Source of the DNA: Candidatus Multivorans sp. | GTDB taxonomy: Bacteria > Acidobacteriota > Thermoanaerobaculia > Multivoradales > Multivoraceae | Assembly (NCBI GenBank): GCA_965224025.1 | Contig: OZ245033.1 | Location: 3,232,001-3,296,000 of the forward strand | DNA length: 64,000 nucleotides | Direction of reading: 5' to 3' | Shown here: positions 32,274 to 41,959 of the stretch, one piece after another | Position numbering within the stretch: the stretch's first letter is position 1 | Layout: each line of letters starts with the position of its first letter | Translations under genes and position numbers: made by a program | The notes under the pieces: generated by a model | Told to the model about the DNA's origin: nothing | The model's database searches: none | The model's input: the letters and a program-made list of their open reading frames with translations, nothing else

Positions 32274-33948
32274 ACTCGATTCTCCGGCCGTCGACGATCA
32301 ACGCCGCCGGCTCGGCTTCGAGGTCGAACTGCACCGTGGTCTCCCGCTTGGAACGTACCCGGATGTGCTGGTCTATCCGCTCCTCGGGGCGCCACCTGGG
32401 GTTCTTGAAGATGCTGATGACGTGGGCGCCGACCGGCAGTTGCAGGCTGTCGATCGGTGTCCAGCCGATCGCCTCGTCGCCGATGCGCACGAAGACCGGA
32501 CGCGCCGACTCCTCGGCCGAAGCCACGCTGAGGAACCCCGGTCGCACCAGGGGCACGGGCGTTTCCAGCAGGCGGCCCGAAGCGACCTGGGTCACCACCT
32601 GCTCCCGGAGCTGGTAGTCGCGGGTGGCGAGTTCGAACGTGAGCACATGGTCGACGCCGGCTTCGACTTCGAACACGCGCCGCCGGTCGAGAACGACGGG
32701 CTCTCCACCTGTCACCGAGACGGTGATCTCAGGGTGCCAGGCGGGCGCCAGGGCGAGGCGGCCGGCGCCGCGGCTCGCCGGGCGAAGGGTCTCGGGCCGA
32801 CTCGGGGCGGAGCCGGCCGGCGCCGTGGCGTCCGTCGAGGAGTGCAGGTCGTCAGAGGGGAGGGCATCACCCGTCGCGGCCGCCGTGCTCGGCGGTGCCG
32901 GTTCGGAAATCGTCTCTTCCGCGGGGGCCTCGGAATCGGCCACGGCCGGACTCCCCTTGGACCACCAGAGAGTGCCGCCGAGCCAGAGCGCGGTTCCGGC
33001 CACCGTCGCGAAGGTCAACCAGCGCCGGCGGAAGCGGGAGCGCGATGGCCGCTTGATTGCCGCCGCCACCGTCTCGAGACTTGGCGGGGTCGCGCTGTCC
33101 TTCCCTGAGGCGCTGCCCCGGAGTTCGACATCGACCAGGGGGACGTCGCCGTGGGTCGCGGTCACGCCGGTGTTGGTCGCGGTGACGTCGGCCGTATCGT
33201 GGATGGCGGCCTCGAGTGCGCCGACAACGGACGTGAAGTTGCCGAGGCGATCCGCGGGATCGTCGTGCAGGCAGGCCTCGAAGACGGGGAGCAGCCGGCG
33301 CGGGAAGTTCGCGGGCGGATCGTTCAGCGGCAGGGAAGACCTCGACTTCAGCCGGCGCGGAAGGGTCGGGTTCGCGCCCGGCTGGCAGGTCAGCAGGCGG
33401 TGGAGCAGGACGCCGAAAGCGTAGAGGTCGGCGCGCACATCGACGGCGTCGCCGCGGAGGAGTTCCGGGGCGCGGTACCGGAGTTCGCCGGTGGCGCCCG
33501 GATTGGCGAAACCGCGCAGTTGGGCCGTGCCGTCGGAACGGATCGTGACCATGCCGGGGTGCAGGTCGCCGTGAACCACGCCCATGCCGTGTGCGTACTC
33601 CAGGGCGCGTGCGATCTGCGCCAGCCAGCCGAGAGCAGTCTCTTTCGGCAGATCGCCGGCCCGCCGGAGATTCGCCGCGAGGGTCTCGCCGTCGGCGAGC
33701 TCCTCGATGCGGCACGAAGTGGCGCCGTCGATCCCGAAATCGAGAATGCGGGCGACCCCGTCGTGCTCAAGCCGCGCGCCGACGGCAGCCCGATCGAGGA
33801 AGCGCGCCTGCGCGTCGGGAGTCTCCGGCGTCCAGATGTCGATCGTCGCCGAGGAGCCGTCGGTGGAGTTGCGGCCGAGGTAGGAAACGGCACCGGCGTG
33901 GGCGTTGAGACGGCCCACGATTTCGAAGCTGCCGATATGTTTGCTCAT
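32242..33948 (-). CDS. Hanks-type Ser/Thr kinase-like protein (probable pseudokinase) with TM helix and PEGA-like extracellular region
   Basis: Kinase-fold motifs ALEYAH...VVHGDL.P, Y.APE and ADLYAFGVLL are present, but the catalytic motifs are degenerate; C-terminal IG.TPI...L.VG.H. Confidence 0.8.
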   Translation of the reverse strand: MSKHIGSFEIVGRLNAHAGAVSYLGRNSTDGSSATIDIWTPETPDAQARFLDRAAVGARLEHDGVARILDFGIDGATSCRIEELADGETLAANLRRAGDLPKETALGWLAQIARALEYAHGMGVVHGDLHPGMVTIRSDGTAQLRGFANPGATGELRYRAPELLRGDAVDVRADLYAFGVLLHRLLTCQPGANPTLPRRLKSRSSLPLNDPPANFPRRLLPVFEACLHDDPADRLGNFTSVVGALEAAIHDTADVTATNTGVTATHGDVPLVDVELRGSASGKDSATPPSLETVAAAIKRPSRSRFRRRWLTFATVAGTALWLGGTLWWSKGSPAVADSEAPAEETISEPAPPSTAAATGDALPSDDLHSSTDATAPAGSAPSRPETLRPASRGAGRLALAPAWHPEITVSVTGGEPVVLDRRRVFEVEAGVDHVLTFELATRDYQLREQVVTQVASGRLLETPVPLVRPGFLSVASAEESARPVFVRIGDEAIGWTPIDSLQLPVGAHVISIFKNPRWRPEERIDQHIRVRSKRETTVQFDLEAEPAALIVDGRRIEYVPVDAEPGP

Positions 33949-34091
33949 AGCCCGATGCGAAGAAGTTGATCGACGGGTAGAAGCAATGATAGCACGTTCT
34001 TCGTCTAAGTTGTTGTTTCTCAGTGTGTTGTGTCTCTTCTTGAAGGCTATCGGGCGGCAACGGGTGCTACTCTTCACCGCGGGATCGGTCG

Positions 34092-34552
34092 ATGCGGGCG
34101 AACGGGAACACGTGGGCCAGCGGTCTCGTCTGCTCCGCGACCGGAGTTCAGGCGCCCGATGGAGTGCGCCTTTTCCTGAAGAACGAGGCGGGCAATCCGA
34201 CCGGTTCCTTCAAGGATCGAGGACTGTCGCTGGCGGTGAACCGGGCGAGGGAACTCGGCGCCCCCGGTGTGCAGCTTCCGAGCGCCGGCAACGCAGGCGT
34301 CGCGGCCGCGGCCTATGCTGCCGCCGCGGGGTTTGCCCTGTCGCGTGGCTCTGCCCGAGGACACGCCGGCAACGGTGCGTGAGCGTTGCCGCGGCCACGG
34401 CGGCCCGGGTGGCGGTGGAGGAAGGGGTTCTGGTCGGCCCCGAGACCGCGGCGGCCATGGCGGCGCTCTTCCGCCTGAGCGACTCCGGTACCATCCGTCC
34501 CGGCGAGTCCGTGCTGGTCTTCGCTACCGGCCATCCGGCCAACTACTGCTAG
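34092..34552 (+). pseudogene. thrC: Threonine synthase-like gene with frameshifts and large internal deletions
   Basis: LKNEAGNPTGSFKDRG, PSAGNAG /fs/ VALPEDTP /deletion/ EEGVLVGPETAAAMAA...GESVLVFATG; about 460 bp only. Confidence 0.8.
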
Positions 34553-34568
34553 GGGAGGCTGACGCGCG

Positions 34569-36275
34569 ATGCCCGAGGAACTGTTCGGGAAGGTGGCGGA
34601 TGGGATCAACGGGTTGCTCGGGCCGGTAGCCGGCTGGTTCGAGGGACTGGTCTGGAACACGCCGCCCCAGGCGCCGATCCTGGCGCTGGTGCTCCTGGGC
34701 ACCGGCCTCTTCGTCACCGTGCGCCTGGGCCTGATCCAGTTGCGCGGCTTCCGGCACGCCTGGGCGATCCTGGGCGGCAAGTACGACGATCCGGACGACG
34801 ACGGCGACCTGGTTCACTTCCAGGCCCTGACCACGGCGCTTTCGGCGACGGTCGGCATCGGGAACATCGCCGGCGTCGCCATCGCGATCCGAATGGGGGG
34901 GCCCGGCGCCCTGTTCTGGATGTGGGTGACGGCGTTCTTCGGCATGGCCCTCAAGTTCGCCGAGTGCACCCTGGCGGTCGCCTACCGGCGGGTTCACAAG
35001 GACGGCTCGGTTTCCGGCGGCCCGATGTACTACATCGAGAAGGGCCTGGGCGCGAACTGGAAGTGGATGGCGATGCTGTTCGCCGGCCTCGCGGTGATGT
35101 GCTCCTTCGGCACCGGCAACATGAACCAGGCGAACACGATGGCCGATCAGCTCGAGTCCCAGTTCGGTCTGGCGCCGGTGTGGACCGGTCTCGTCTTCGC
35201 CTCCGTGGTGGCGTTGGTCATCATCGGCGGTATCCGCCGCATCGGCAAAGTGACCTCGATCCTCGCGCCGGGCATGGCGGTGATCTACGTCGGCGGCGCG
35301 ATGGTCATCCTGCTCATGAACATCGAGAGCGTGCCTGCGAGCCTGGCCCTGATCGTCGAGCAGGCGTTCCGGCCCACCTCCATGGTCGGCGGCGCCGCGG
35401 GCTCCTTCCTGATGACCATGATGTGGGGCATTCGCCGCGGTCTGTTTAGCAACGAGGCGGGGCAGGGCAGCGCGCCCATCGCCCACGCGGCGGCCCGGAC
35501 CGACGAGCCGGTGCGCGAGGGGCTGGTCGCCTCGCTCGAGCCGTTCATCGACACCCTGGTCATCTGCACGATGACTGGTCTCGTCATCGTGACCACGGAC
35601 GCGTGGCGCGACCACGCGCCGCAGACCTTCGGGCTCGACGAGGTCGAGGGCATCCACCGCGTACTCGGGGACGACTCGGAACTGCTGGCGGCGCGCGACG
35701 AGCGGTCGGCGCGCGGCGGCGGCGCGGTCGATGTCGAGGGCGGGGCAGCCGGCGGCTCCTTCGTGGTGCTGCACTCGATGATCGCCGAGCCGCGCCTGGT
35801 GGACGGCGCGGGCGCCGCCTGGAGCGGCAGACTGGACGTCGCCGGCGATGGTTCGCTGACCGCCGCGGGCGATGCGCCGCGGATCGAGGGCGGAGCGCTT
35901 CTGACCGGAGCTCCACTGACGGCGCGGGCCTTCAGTCTCGGTCTGCCCGGCAGCCGGGGCGATCTGATCGTCACCCTGTCGGTGCTGCTGTTCGCTGTCT
36001 CGACGGCGATCTCGTGGTCGTACTACGGCGACCGTTCGACCGAGTACCTGTTCGGCGCCAGAGCCATTCCCGTGTACCGCTGGGTCTATGTCGGCTTCTT
36101 CTTCCTGGGCTGCCTGCTGCCGCTCTCGACCGTGTGGACCTTCGGCGACGTGGCCCTGGGGCTGATGTCGTTCCCGAACCTGATTTCGCTGCTGCTGCTC
36201 TCGGGCGCGGTCACCGGCATGACGAGGTCCTACTTCCGCCGCCACCTCCGCAAGGGCGCTCCGAGGCGGCCATGA
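34569..36275 (+). CDS. Alanine/glycine:cation symporter (AGCS family)
   Basis: ATVGIGNIAGVA, GGPGALFWMW, GGPMYYI, RGLFSNEAGQGSAP, DTLVICTMT, SWSYYG. Confidence 0.96.
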   Translation: MPEELFGKVADGINGLLGPVAGWFEGLVWNTPPQAPILALVLLGTGLFVTVRLGLIQLRGFRHAWAILGGKYDDPDDDGDLVHFQALTTALSATVGIGNIAGVAIAIRMGGPGALFWMWVTAFFGMALKFAECTLAVAYRRVHKDGSVSGGPMYYIEKGLGANWKWMAMLFAGLAVMCSFGTGNMNQANTMADQLESQFGLAPVWTGLVFASVVALVIIGGIRRIGKVTSILAPGMAVIYVGGAMVILLMNIESVPASLALIVEQAFRPTSMVGGAAGSFLMTMMWGIRRGLFSNEAGQGSAPIAHAAARTDEPVREGLVASLEPFIDTLVICTMTGLVIVTTDAWRDHAPQTFGLDEVEGIHRVLGDDSELLAARDERSARGGGAVDVEGGAAGGSFVVLHSMIAEPRLVDGAGAAWSGRLDVAGDGSLTAAGDAPRIEGGALLTGAPLTARAFSLGLPGSRGDLIVTLSVLLFAVSTAISWSYYGDRSTEYLFGARAIPVYRWVYVGFFFLGCLLPLSTVWTFGDVALGLMSFPNLISLLLLSGAVTGMTRSYFRRHLRKGAPRRP

Positions 36276-36329
36276 GCGCGTGGAACAGGTACGGGACGTT
36301 TCCCGTGCTCCTGGTCGACGGCGCCGGGA

Positions 36330-37856
36330 ATGGCTGAGCACGGCCGCGACCGGGGTCCCTGGGCTTCCGTTGCTACGGGCCTCATCGGCGCGCCGATCCT
36401 GGCGGCGCTGGCGTACTTCCTGATCCCCGAGGCGGCGGTCGATGCCAACGGCGAGGTCGTCTCCGGGCTTTCCGACGGGGGTCGGGCGGTGGCGGCGACC
36501 GGGGTCCTCATGGGCGTGTTGTGGCTGACCGAGGCCCTGCCCGTGGCAGTCACTTCGTTGCTGCCGCTCGTGGCGATCCCGCTTCTGACCGGCGGAGACA
36601 TCGCCATCGCACGGGTCGCGGCGCCCTACGCGAATCCGAACATCTTCCTCTTCCTGGGCGGTTTCATGATCGCCCTTTCGATGCAGACCTGGGGCTTGCA
36701 CCGCCGCATGGCGCTCCACATCATCCTTCGCGTCGGCAGCCGGCCGGATCGCCTGGTGCTGGGCTTCATGGCCGCAAGCGCCTTCCTCAGCATGTGGATC
36801 TCCAACACGGCCACCACGGTCATGATGCTGCCGATCGCCCTGTCCGTGATCGATCTGGTCCGTCAGAGACTCGGGCCGGAGGCGGCGCCGGTGGGGAAGC
36901 CGTTCCCCTTTGCGCTGAATCTGCTGCTCGGGACGGCGTACGGCGCCTCGATCGGCGGCGTCGCGACCAAGATCGGCACCCCTCCCAACCTCCAGATGAT
37001 GTCGTTCGTGGAGGAGACTTACGGCCGGGAGATCACGTTCGCGCAGTGGATGCCGTTCGGTCTCCTGCTCACTCTGTCCTTCCTGCCGCTGGCCTGGCTG
37101 GTGCTCACGCGGTTGGTCTACCGGTTGCAGATCCGCGAAGTGCCCGGCGGCGCGGAGCTCATCCGCGGCGAGCTTCGGAAGCTGGGGCCGATCACCGCAC
37201 CGGAGAAGGCGGTGCTCGCGATCTTCGTTTCGGCCGCCGCGCTGTGGACCACTCGCACTTGGCTCGCCGAGATCGAGATCGGCGGAGCAGTGCCCCTGGC
37301 CGGACTGACCGACCCGAGCATCGCGATCGGCGCCGGCCTGTTGCTGTTCGCGATTCCGGTCCACTTCCGGCGAGGGGTCTTTCTGCTGAGTTGGAAGAAG
37401 GCGCTCGAGGCGCCGTGGGGAATCCTGCTGCTGTTCGGAGGCGGGCTCAGCCTCGCGGCCGCGGTCGTCGGTACCGGTGTGGACCGTTTCATCGGCAGCC
37501 TCCTGCTCGTGCTGGAGGGCATGCCGGTGCTGGTTCTGGTCATCGGCGCCGCCACCCTGCTCATCCTGCTGACGGAGGTCACCAGCAATACGGCGACGAC
37601 CGCGACCTTCCTGCCGATCCTGGGCGCCACGGCGGCGGCGATCAACGTGGATCCGCTGCTCCTCATCGTTCCGGCCACGCTGGCGGCGAGCTGCGCCTTC
37701 ATGATGCCGGTGGCGACGCCGCCGAACGCGATCGTGTTCGGCTCCGGGGAGATCACCATTCCCCAGATGGTCCGCGCCGGCCTGTGGCTCAACCTGATCG
37801 GCCTGGTGCTGGTCGTGTTCTGGGTCTACGTAGCGGGCGGACTGATCGGCCTGTAG
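36330..37856 (+). CDS. SLC13/DASS Na+:dicarboxylate/sulfate symporter
   Basis: WLTEALP, LFLGGF, SMWISNTAT, IGTPPN, TEVTSNTAT, FMMPVATPPNAI. Confidence 0.96.
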   Translation: MAEHGRDRGPWASVATGLIGAPILAALAYFLIPEAAVDANGEVVSGLSDGGRAVAATGVLMGVLWLTEALPVAVTSLLPLVAIPLLTGGDIAIARVAAPYANPNIFLFLGGFMIALSMQTWGLHRRMALHIILRVGSRPDRLVLGFMAASAFLSMWISNTATTVMMLPIALSVIDLVRQRLGPEAAPVGKPFPFALNLLLGTAYGASIGGVATKIGTPPNLQMMSFVEETYGREITFAQWMPFGLLLTLSFLPLAWLVLTRLVYRLQIREVPGGAELIRGELRKLGPITAPEKAVLAIFVSAAALWTTRTWLAEIEIGGAVPLAGLTDPSIAIGAGLLLFAIPVHFRRGVFLLSWKKALEAPWGILLLFGGGLSLAAAVVGTGVDRFIGSLLLVLEGMPVLVLVIGAATLLILLTEVTSNTATTATFLPILGATAAAINVDPLLLIVPATLAASCAFMMPVATPPNAIVFGSGEITIPQMVRAGLWLNLIGLVLVVFWVYVAGGLIGL

Positions 37857-37921
37857 AAAGCGTGGGCCGCCTCACCGCGGCGGAAACCGAAAGCGGGGAC
37901 CGCTGTCTCCCCGGCCGCGCT

Positions 37922-38155
37922 CTAGGGGATCAGCCGCAACAGGGCGACCACCGCGCCGATGATCACGCCGGTCTGAATCAGCAGGATGCGGACTAGGCGG
38001 ACCTCAAGCTGCGCCAGGTCGGCGCGCGTCACCAAGTCGCCCAACACCTCGGTCGCCGCATCCTCGATCGCTCGCGCATGGCCGGCGGCCTGCCGGTCCG
38101 GCACGCCGGCCTCCATCAACGTCTCCGCCGTACGGAGCGTGCCGGTCGTGCTCAT
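37922..38155 (-). CDS. Small coiled-coil/TM protein (DUF1640/CCDC90-like)
   Basis: L.EAG....QA, LVTRADL, C-terminal hydrophobic helix. Confidence 0.65.
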   Translation of the reverse strand: MSTTGTLRTAETLMEAGVPDRQAAGHARAIEDAATEVLGDLVTRADLAQLEVRLVRILLIQTGVIIGAVVALLRLIP

Positions 38156-38183
38156 CGCCGGCCCTCCATGCCTTCGATGCTAC

Positions 38184-38335
38184 GCCGAGTGTCGGAACCC
38201 CAGCAGCGCCGGCTCGTGCGCGGCTTCGTCTCCGAGCAGTGCGCCAGCCGCGGCATGGTCGCGGACGTGGCCTACCACGACGGCGGCACCCGGAACCCTC
38301 ATGCGCAAGTGCTCCTGACGACACGGCGCATCGGC
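38184..38335 (+). pseudogene. MobA/MobL (MOBQ) relaxase internal fragment
   Basis: QQRRLVRGFV......GMVADVAYHD....NPHAQVLLTTR; the HUH motif reads HAQ. Confidence 0.7.
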
Positions 38336-38454
38336 CGGCCGTCCGGCTTGGAGCGAGTATCGAAGTTCGATCGCGGGCTCCGGGCGGCCATCGAGAGAAC
38401 AGCCGCGGCGGTGGTCTACGCCGCCGCGCTGGGGAATGCGGACGTAGCCACGCC

Positions 38455-39381
38455 CTACTGCGCGGGCTGAAAGACCGAATGCGCCGTCAACTCCCGCCGG
38501 AAGCGGTAGCCGATGCACTTGTAGAGCAGTCTGGCGGCCGTGTAGTCGCTGGCCGGGTTGCCGGGGATGGGCGCCAGTTCGACGACATCCATCGCGATGA
38601 CCCGCTTGTGCTCGAACAGCAGGCGGAGCAGGGCCAGAGCCTGATGCCAGTCGCCGCCGCCGGGTTCGGGCGTTCCGGTCGCCGGCAGCAGCGACGGGTC
38701 GAAGAAGTCGAGGTCGAAGGTCAGATAGACGGTATCCGGCAACGACGCCAGGAGACCCAGGAAGAGTGCCTGGAGCTCGTCTGTGGCCAGGGCCTGCATC
38801 TGGCCGGCCCAGATGACGGGTAGGCCCTCGGTTTCGATCCGCACGGCCTCGGGGCGGCTCAGGGACCGGATGCCGATGGCCAGCGTGGACACGCCGAGGT
38901 CGAGCACCCGGCTCATCGCGCAGGCGTGGTTCCAGGGGGTGCCCGCGTAGGTCGGCCTCAGGTCGGCGTGCGCGTCGAACTGCACGACTCCCAGGTCGGG
39001 GCGCAGGTCCGAACCGGCCGCCTCCACCACGCCGCGCACCAGGGCGGGCGTGACGGTGTGTTCGCCGCCGATCGCGGCGAGGAAACGGCCGCGTTCGATG
39101 GCGGCTCGTGCAGCGGCGCTGATCCGCTCCAGCGCCGCGTCCTCGCCGGCCTCGACGTCGACCGGCGGCAGGGTCTCGATGCCGATGCGAAACGGTTCCA
39201 GCCGGAGTTCCTCGTCGTAGAGCTCCACGTAGTGGGAGGCGCGGAGCAGGGCGGCCGGTCCATCCTCGGCGCCCCGTCCCCACGAGGTCGTGCGTTCGTA
39301 GGGAACCGGCAACACCGCGACGGCCGGCTCGCCGGCCAGCGCCTCGAACTCGAGGAACGGCGTAAGTACGGCGACGCGCAT
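38455..39381 (-). CDS. speB: Agmatinase (ureohydrolase family)
   Basis: PYERTTSWG.G..GP, GGEHTVT, FDAHADLR, HAC, TFDLDFFDPS..PATGTPEPGG, DVVEL. Confidence 0.93.
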   Translation of the reverse strand: MRVAVLTPFLEFEALAGEPAVAVLPVPYERTTSWGRGAEDGPAALLRASHYVELYDEELRLEPFRIGIETLPPVDVEAGEDAALERISAAARAAIERGRFLAAIGGEHTVTPALVRGVVEAAGSDLRPDLGVVQFDAHADLRPTYAGTPWNHACAMSRVLDLGVSTLAIGIRSLSRPEAVRIETEGLPVIWAGQMQALATDELQALFLGLLASLPDTVYLTFDLDFFDPSLLPATGTPEPGGGDWHQALALLRLLFEHKRVIAMDVVELAPIPGNPASDYTAARLLYKCIGYRFRRELTAHSVFQPAQ

Positions 39382-39485
39382 GGCCCGGCAGCCTAGGAGT
39401 GTCCGCAGCGTTGTCGCTGCGCTGTCGCGCAGGGAACAGGCAGCGAGTAGCCAACGTTACAGCGGCGTCGTGGGTTCATAGAGTT

Positions 39486-39671
39486 GGCCGCGCTGGGCAG
39501 CGAGGCCGCGCAGGCACTGGTGTGTTGGCGCCCGACTAGGAGTTTGGCCCGGACCGTGATCGGCGCTCTGACGCTGGCGGCGCGGCTTGTGTCGCGACCC
39601 CGTATGCAAGATTGAGCTTTTCGCCGCGGTCTCTGCCCAGCGCGACGATTGGATTCCACATCTACGGGAGG
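39486..39671 (+). ncRNA. Predicted IS110 bridge RNA (copy 2)
   Basis: Same left-end sequence as copy 1. Confidence 0.7.
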
Positions 39672-39677
39672 CAGGGG

Positions 39678-40997
39678 ATGGCAAAGCGGAAGGCGGAGCG
39701 TCTGGAAGTCGTTCACCCGGATTGCGCCGGTGTGGACGTAGGCAAGCGCAAGCACTACGTGGCGGTGGCCCCGTCGCGTTTCGAGCGGCCGGTGCGCAAT
39801 TTCTCGTCGTTCACGGAGGACCTCGAGGCGATGGCCTCGTGGCTTCAGGAGTGCGGCGTGCGTGAGGTGGCGCTGGAGTCGACGGGGGTGTACTGGATTC
39901 CGGTGTTCGAGGTGCTGGACCGGGCGGGGTTCGAGGTGCATCTGGTGAATCCTCGGGCGACCAAGCAGGTGAGTGGCCGCAAGAGTGACGTTCTGGACTG
40001 CCAGTGGATCCGGCAGTTGATGAGCTACGGGCTCCTGCGCGGTGCGTTTCGCGCGCCGGACGAGTTGTGTCCGCTGCGTTCGTACACGCGGCAGCGCGCC
40101 CAGTTGGTCCGCGACCGCAGCCGCGCGGTGCAGCACATCCAGAAGGCTCTGGTGCAGATGAACGTGCAGTTGGACAACGTGCTGAGCGACATCATGGGCA
40201 AGACCGGCCAGTTGATCGTGCGCGCGATCGTCGCCGGCGAGCGCGACGGCGCGGCGCTGGCCCGTCACCGGGACGGTCGCTGCAAGGCTGGTCCGGCTGT
40301 GATCGCGGCGAGTTTGCAAGGCAACTGGCGAGACGAGCACCTGTTCGCTCTGGGCCAGGCGCTGGCCCGCTACGACATGCTGCAAGGCCAGATCGAGATG
40401 TGCGAGAAGCGCATCGACGCCGAGCTCGACGGCCTGGCCCAAGACGGCGTCGAGGACGCGCCGCCGCCCGGTTCGAAGGCGCGCGAGCGCGCCCTGCGGA
40501 AGCGGCTGCATCGCATGCTCGGCGTGGACCTGGTCGCCATTCCGACGGTCGGCGTCGAAACCGCGCTGACCTTCGCCGCTGAGATCGGCCCGGACCTGTC
40601 CCGGTTTCCCTCGCAGGGCAACTTCTGCTCGTGGCTGTGTCTGGCTCCACCGACCAACATCAGCGGCGACAAACGGCTGAACGGCCCTCCCGTGAAGCAG
40701 ACCAACCGGGTCGGCCAGGCGCTGCGCCAAGCCGCCACCACAGCCCGCAACAGCAAGACCGCCATCGGAGCCTCTCACCGCCGGCGTCTCCAGCACATGG
40801 AGAAGGCGAAGGCCATCAAGGCCACCGCTCATCAACTCGGCCGACTGATCTACGCCATGCTGACCCACGGCGAAGAGTACGTCGAGCGCGACCTCGCCGA
40901 AATGGAGGCCGTCCGACGCGAACGACAAATCAGAAACCTGCAGCGTCAGGCCCGCCGCCTGAATCTGGCTCTCGTGCCGACCGAACATGCCGCCTGA
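39678..40997 (+). CDS. IS110 DEDD recombinase/transposase
   Basis: Protein identical to 26732-28051. Confidence 0.97.
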   Translation: MAKRKAERLEVVHPDCAGVDVGKRKHYVAVAPSRFERPVRNFSSFTEDLEAMASWLQECGVREVALESTGVYWIPVFEVLDRAGFEVHLVNPRATKQVSGRKSDVLDCQWIRQLMSYGLLRGAFRAPDELCPLRSYTRQRAQLVRDRSRAVQHIQKALVQMNVQLDNVLSDIMGKTGQLIVRAIVAGERDGAALARHRDGRCKAGPAVIAASLQGNWRDEHLFALGQALARYDMLQGQIEMCEKRIDAELDGLAQDGVEDAPPPGSKARERALRKRLHRMLGVDLVAIPTVGVETALTFAAEIGPDLSRFPSQGNFCSWLCLAPPTNISGDKRLNGPPVKQTNRVGQALRQAATTARNSKTAIGASHRRRLQHMEKAKAIKATAHQLGRLIYAMLTHGEEYVERDLAEMEAVRRERQIRNLQRQARRLNLALVPTEHAA

Positions 40998-41198
40998 ATC
41001 GCGCAACCTGCGCTGCCAACAAGGAACCCCTACCCGTTTGTTCCATGCAAGCTTGCGCCCCAGAACGCAACGCGGTGGATTCCTCGGTGAAGCCTGCTTG
41101 GAGCAGACCGCCGTTTCGAGTGACGGTTTGCCGACGCTCGGAGCGCGACGCCGCTTCAGCGGAGTCGAAATTCGTCTAGGTCGGCAGAGGAGCACGCG

Positions 41199-41921
41199 AT
41201 GGCGAGACCAGACAAGCCGCTCCGTAGCACCCTGCGGGAGATGCCTTCGGAGCAACGTCCGCGAGAGCGCCTGCTGGCGCACGGCGCCGGCGTTCTGACG
41301 GACTGCGAGTTGATCGCCATCCTGCTGCGCACCGGGCACCGTGGCTGCTCGGTGCTCGATCTCGCCTATGACCTGCTCTACGACGAGGGACGCGGGCTCG
41401 GCGGCCTGCCGGCGCTCGCCCTGCTGGTTGAGCACGATCTGCCGTCGTTGCGCCGCAAGGGGCTCGGGGACGCCAAGGCGGCTACTGTCCTGGCGGCCGT
41501 CGAACTGGCCCGGCGATTGGCCCGGGCGCAGCTCCCGGAGAGAAGGCCCCTGGGCGACGTGGTCGGCGTCGCCCGCTACCTGAACCTGCGTTACGCGCGC
41601 CGCGACCAGGAGGTGATGGGCGCGATCTACGTCGACATCCGCGGTCGCGTGATCAGCGAGCGGGAGCACTTCGTCGGCGCTCTGGACCGGACCTCGGTCG
41701 AGCCGCGGGTGGTCCTGAAGGAGGCCCTGCGCCTGGGCGCGACGGCTGCCGTGATCTTTCACAATCACCCCAGTGGCGACCCGGATCCGAGCCGGGAGGA
41801 CGTGACCTTCACCCGCCGGCTGGCGCGGGCCGGCGCGGCGGTCGGAGTTGAACTGGTCGACCACCTCATCCTGGGCGGCGGCGGTCGCTGGGTGTCGATG
41901 CGGGAAAGGGGATTCCTGTAG
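41199..41921 (+). CDS. radC: RadC (JAB domain) protein
   Basis: RPRERL, ELIAILLRTG, HNHPSGDP.PSRED, LVDHLI. Confidence 0.96.
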   Translation: MARPDKPLRSTLREMPSEQRPRERLLAHGAGVLTDCELIAILLRTGHRGCSVLDLAYDLLYDEGRGLGGLPALALLVEHDLPSLRRKGLGDAKAATVLAAVELARRLARAQLPERRPLGDVVGVARYLNLRYARRDQEVMGAIYVDIRGRVISEREHFVGALDRTSVEPRVVLKEALRLGATAAVIFHNHPSGDPDPSREDVTFTRRLARAGAAVGVELVDHLILGGGGRWVSMRERGFL

Positions 41922-41959
41922 CGGACTCCGGCTGTACCGGTTGTGGGCTGCGGGCTGTT

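Larger units (their letters stand above)
39395..41051 (+). mobile_element. IS110-family element, copy 2 (direct orientation, offset 12946 bp)
   Basis: Same as copy 1 except a synonymous T/C at 27487/40433, as far as I could compare. Confidence 0.95.

Noticed and set aside
34006-34018. IHF-like site TAAGTTGTTGTTT (weaker ones near 7006 and 18230)
   Set aside because: The consensus is degenerate and has mismatches, so it cannot be supported from sequence alone.
26449-41051. Composite transposon formed by the two direct IS110 copies around about 11 kb of cargo
   Set aside because: Each copy reconstructs its own plausible empty site (udg-cysteine synthase operon gap; divergent speB/radC gap), and the cargo looks chromosomal. 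Two independent insertions are simpler, although homologous deletion between the copies remains possible.
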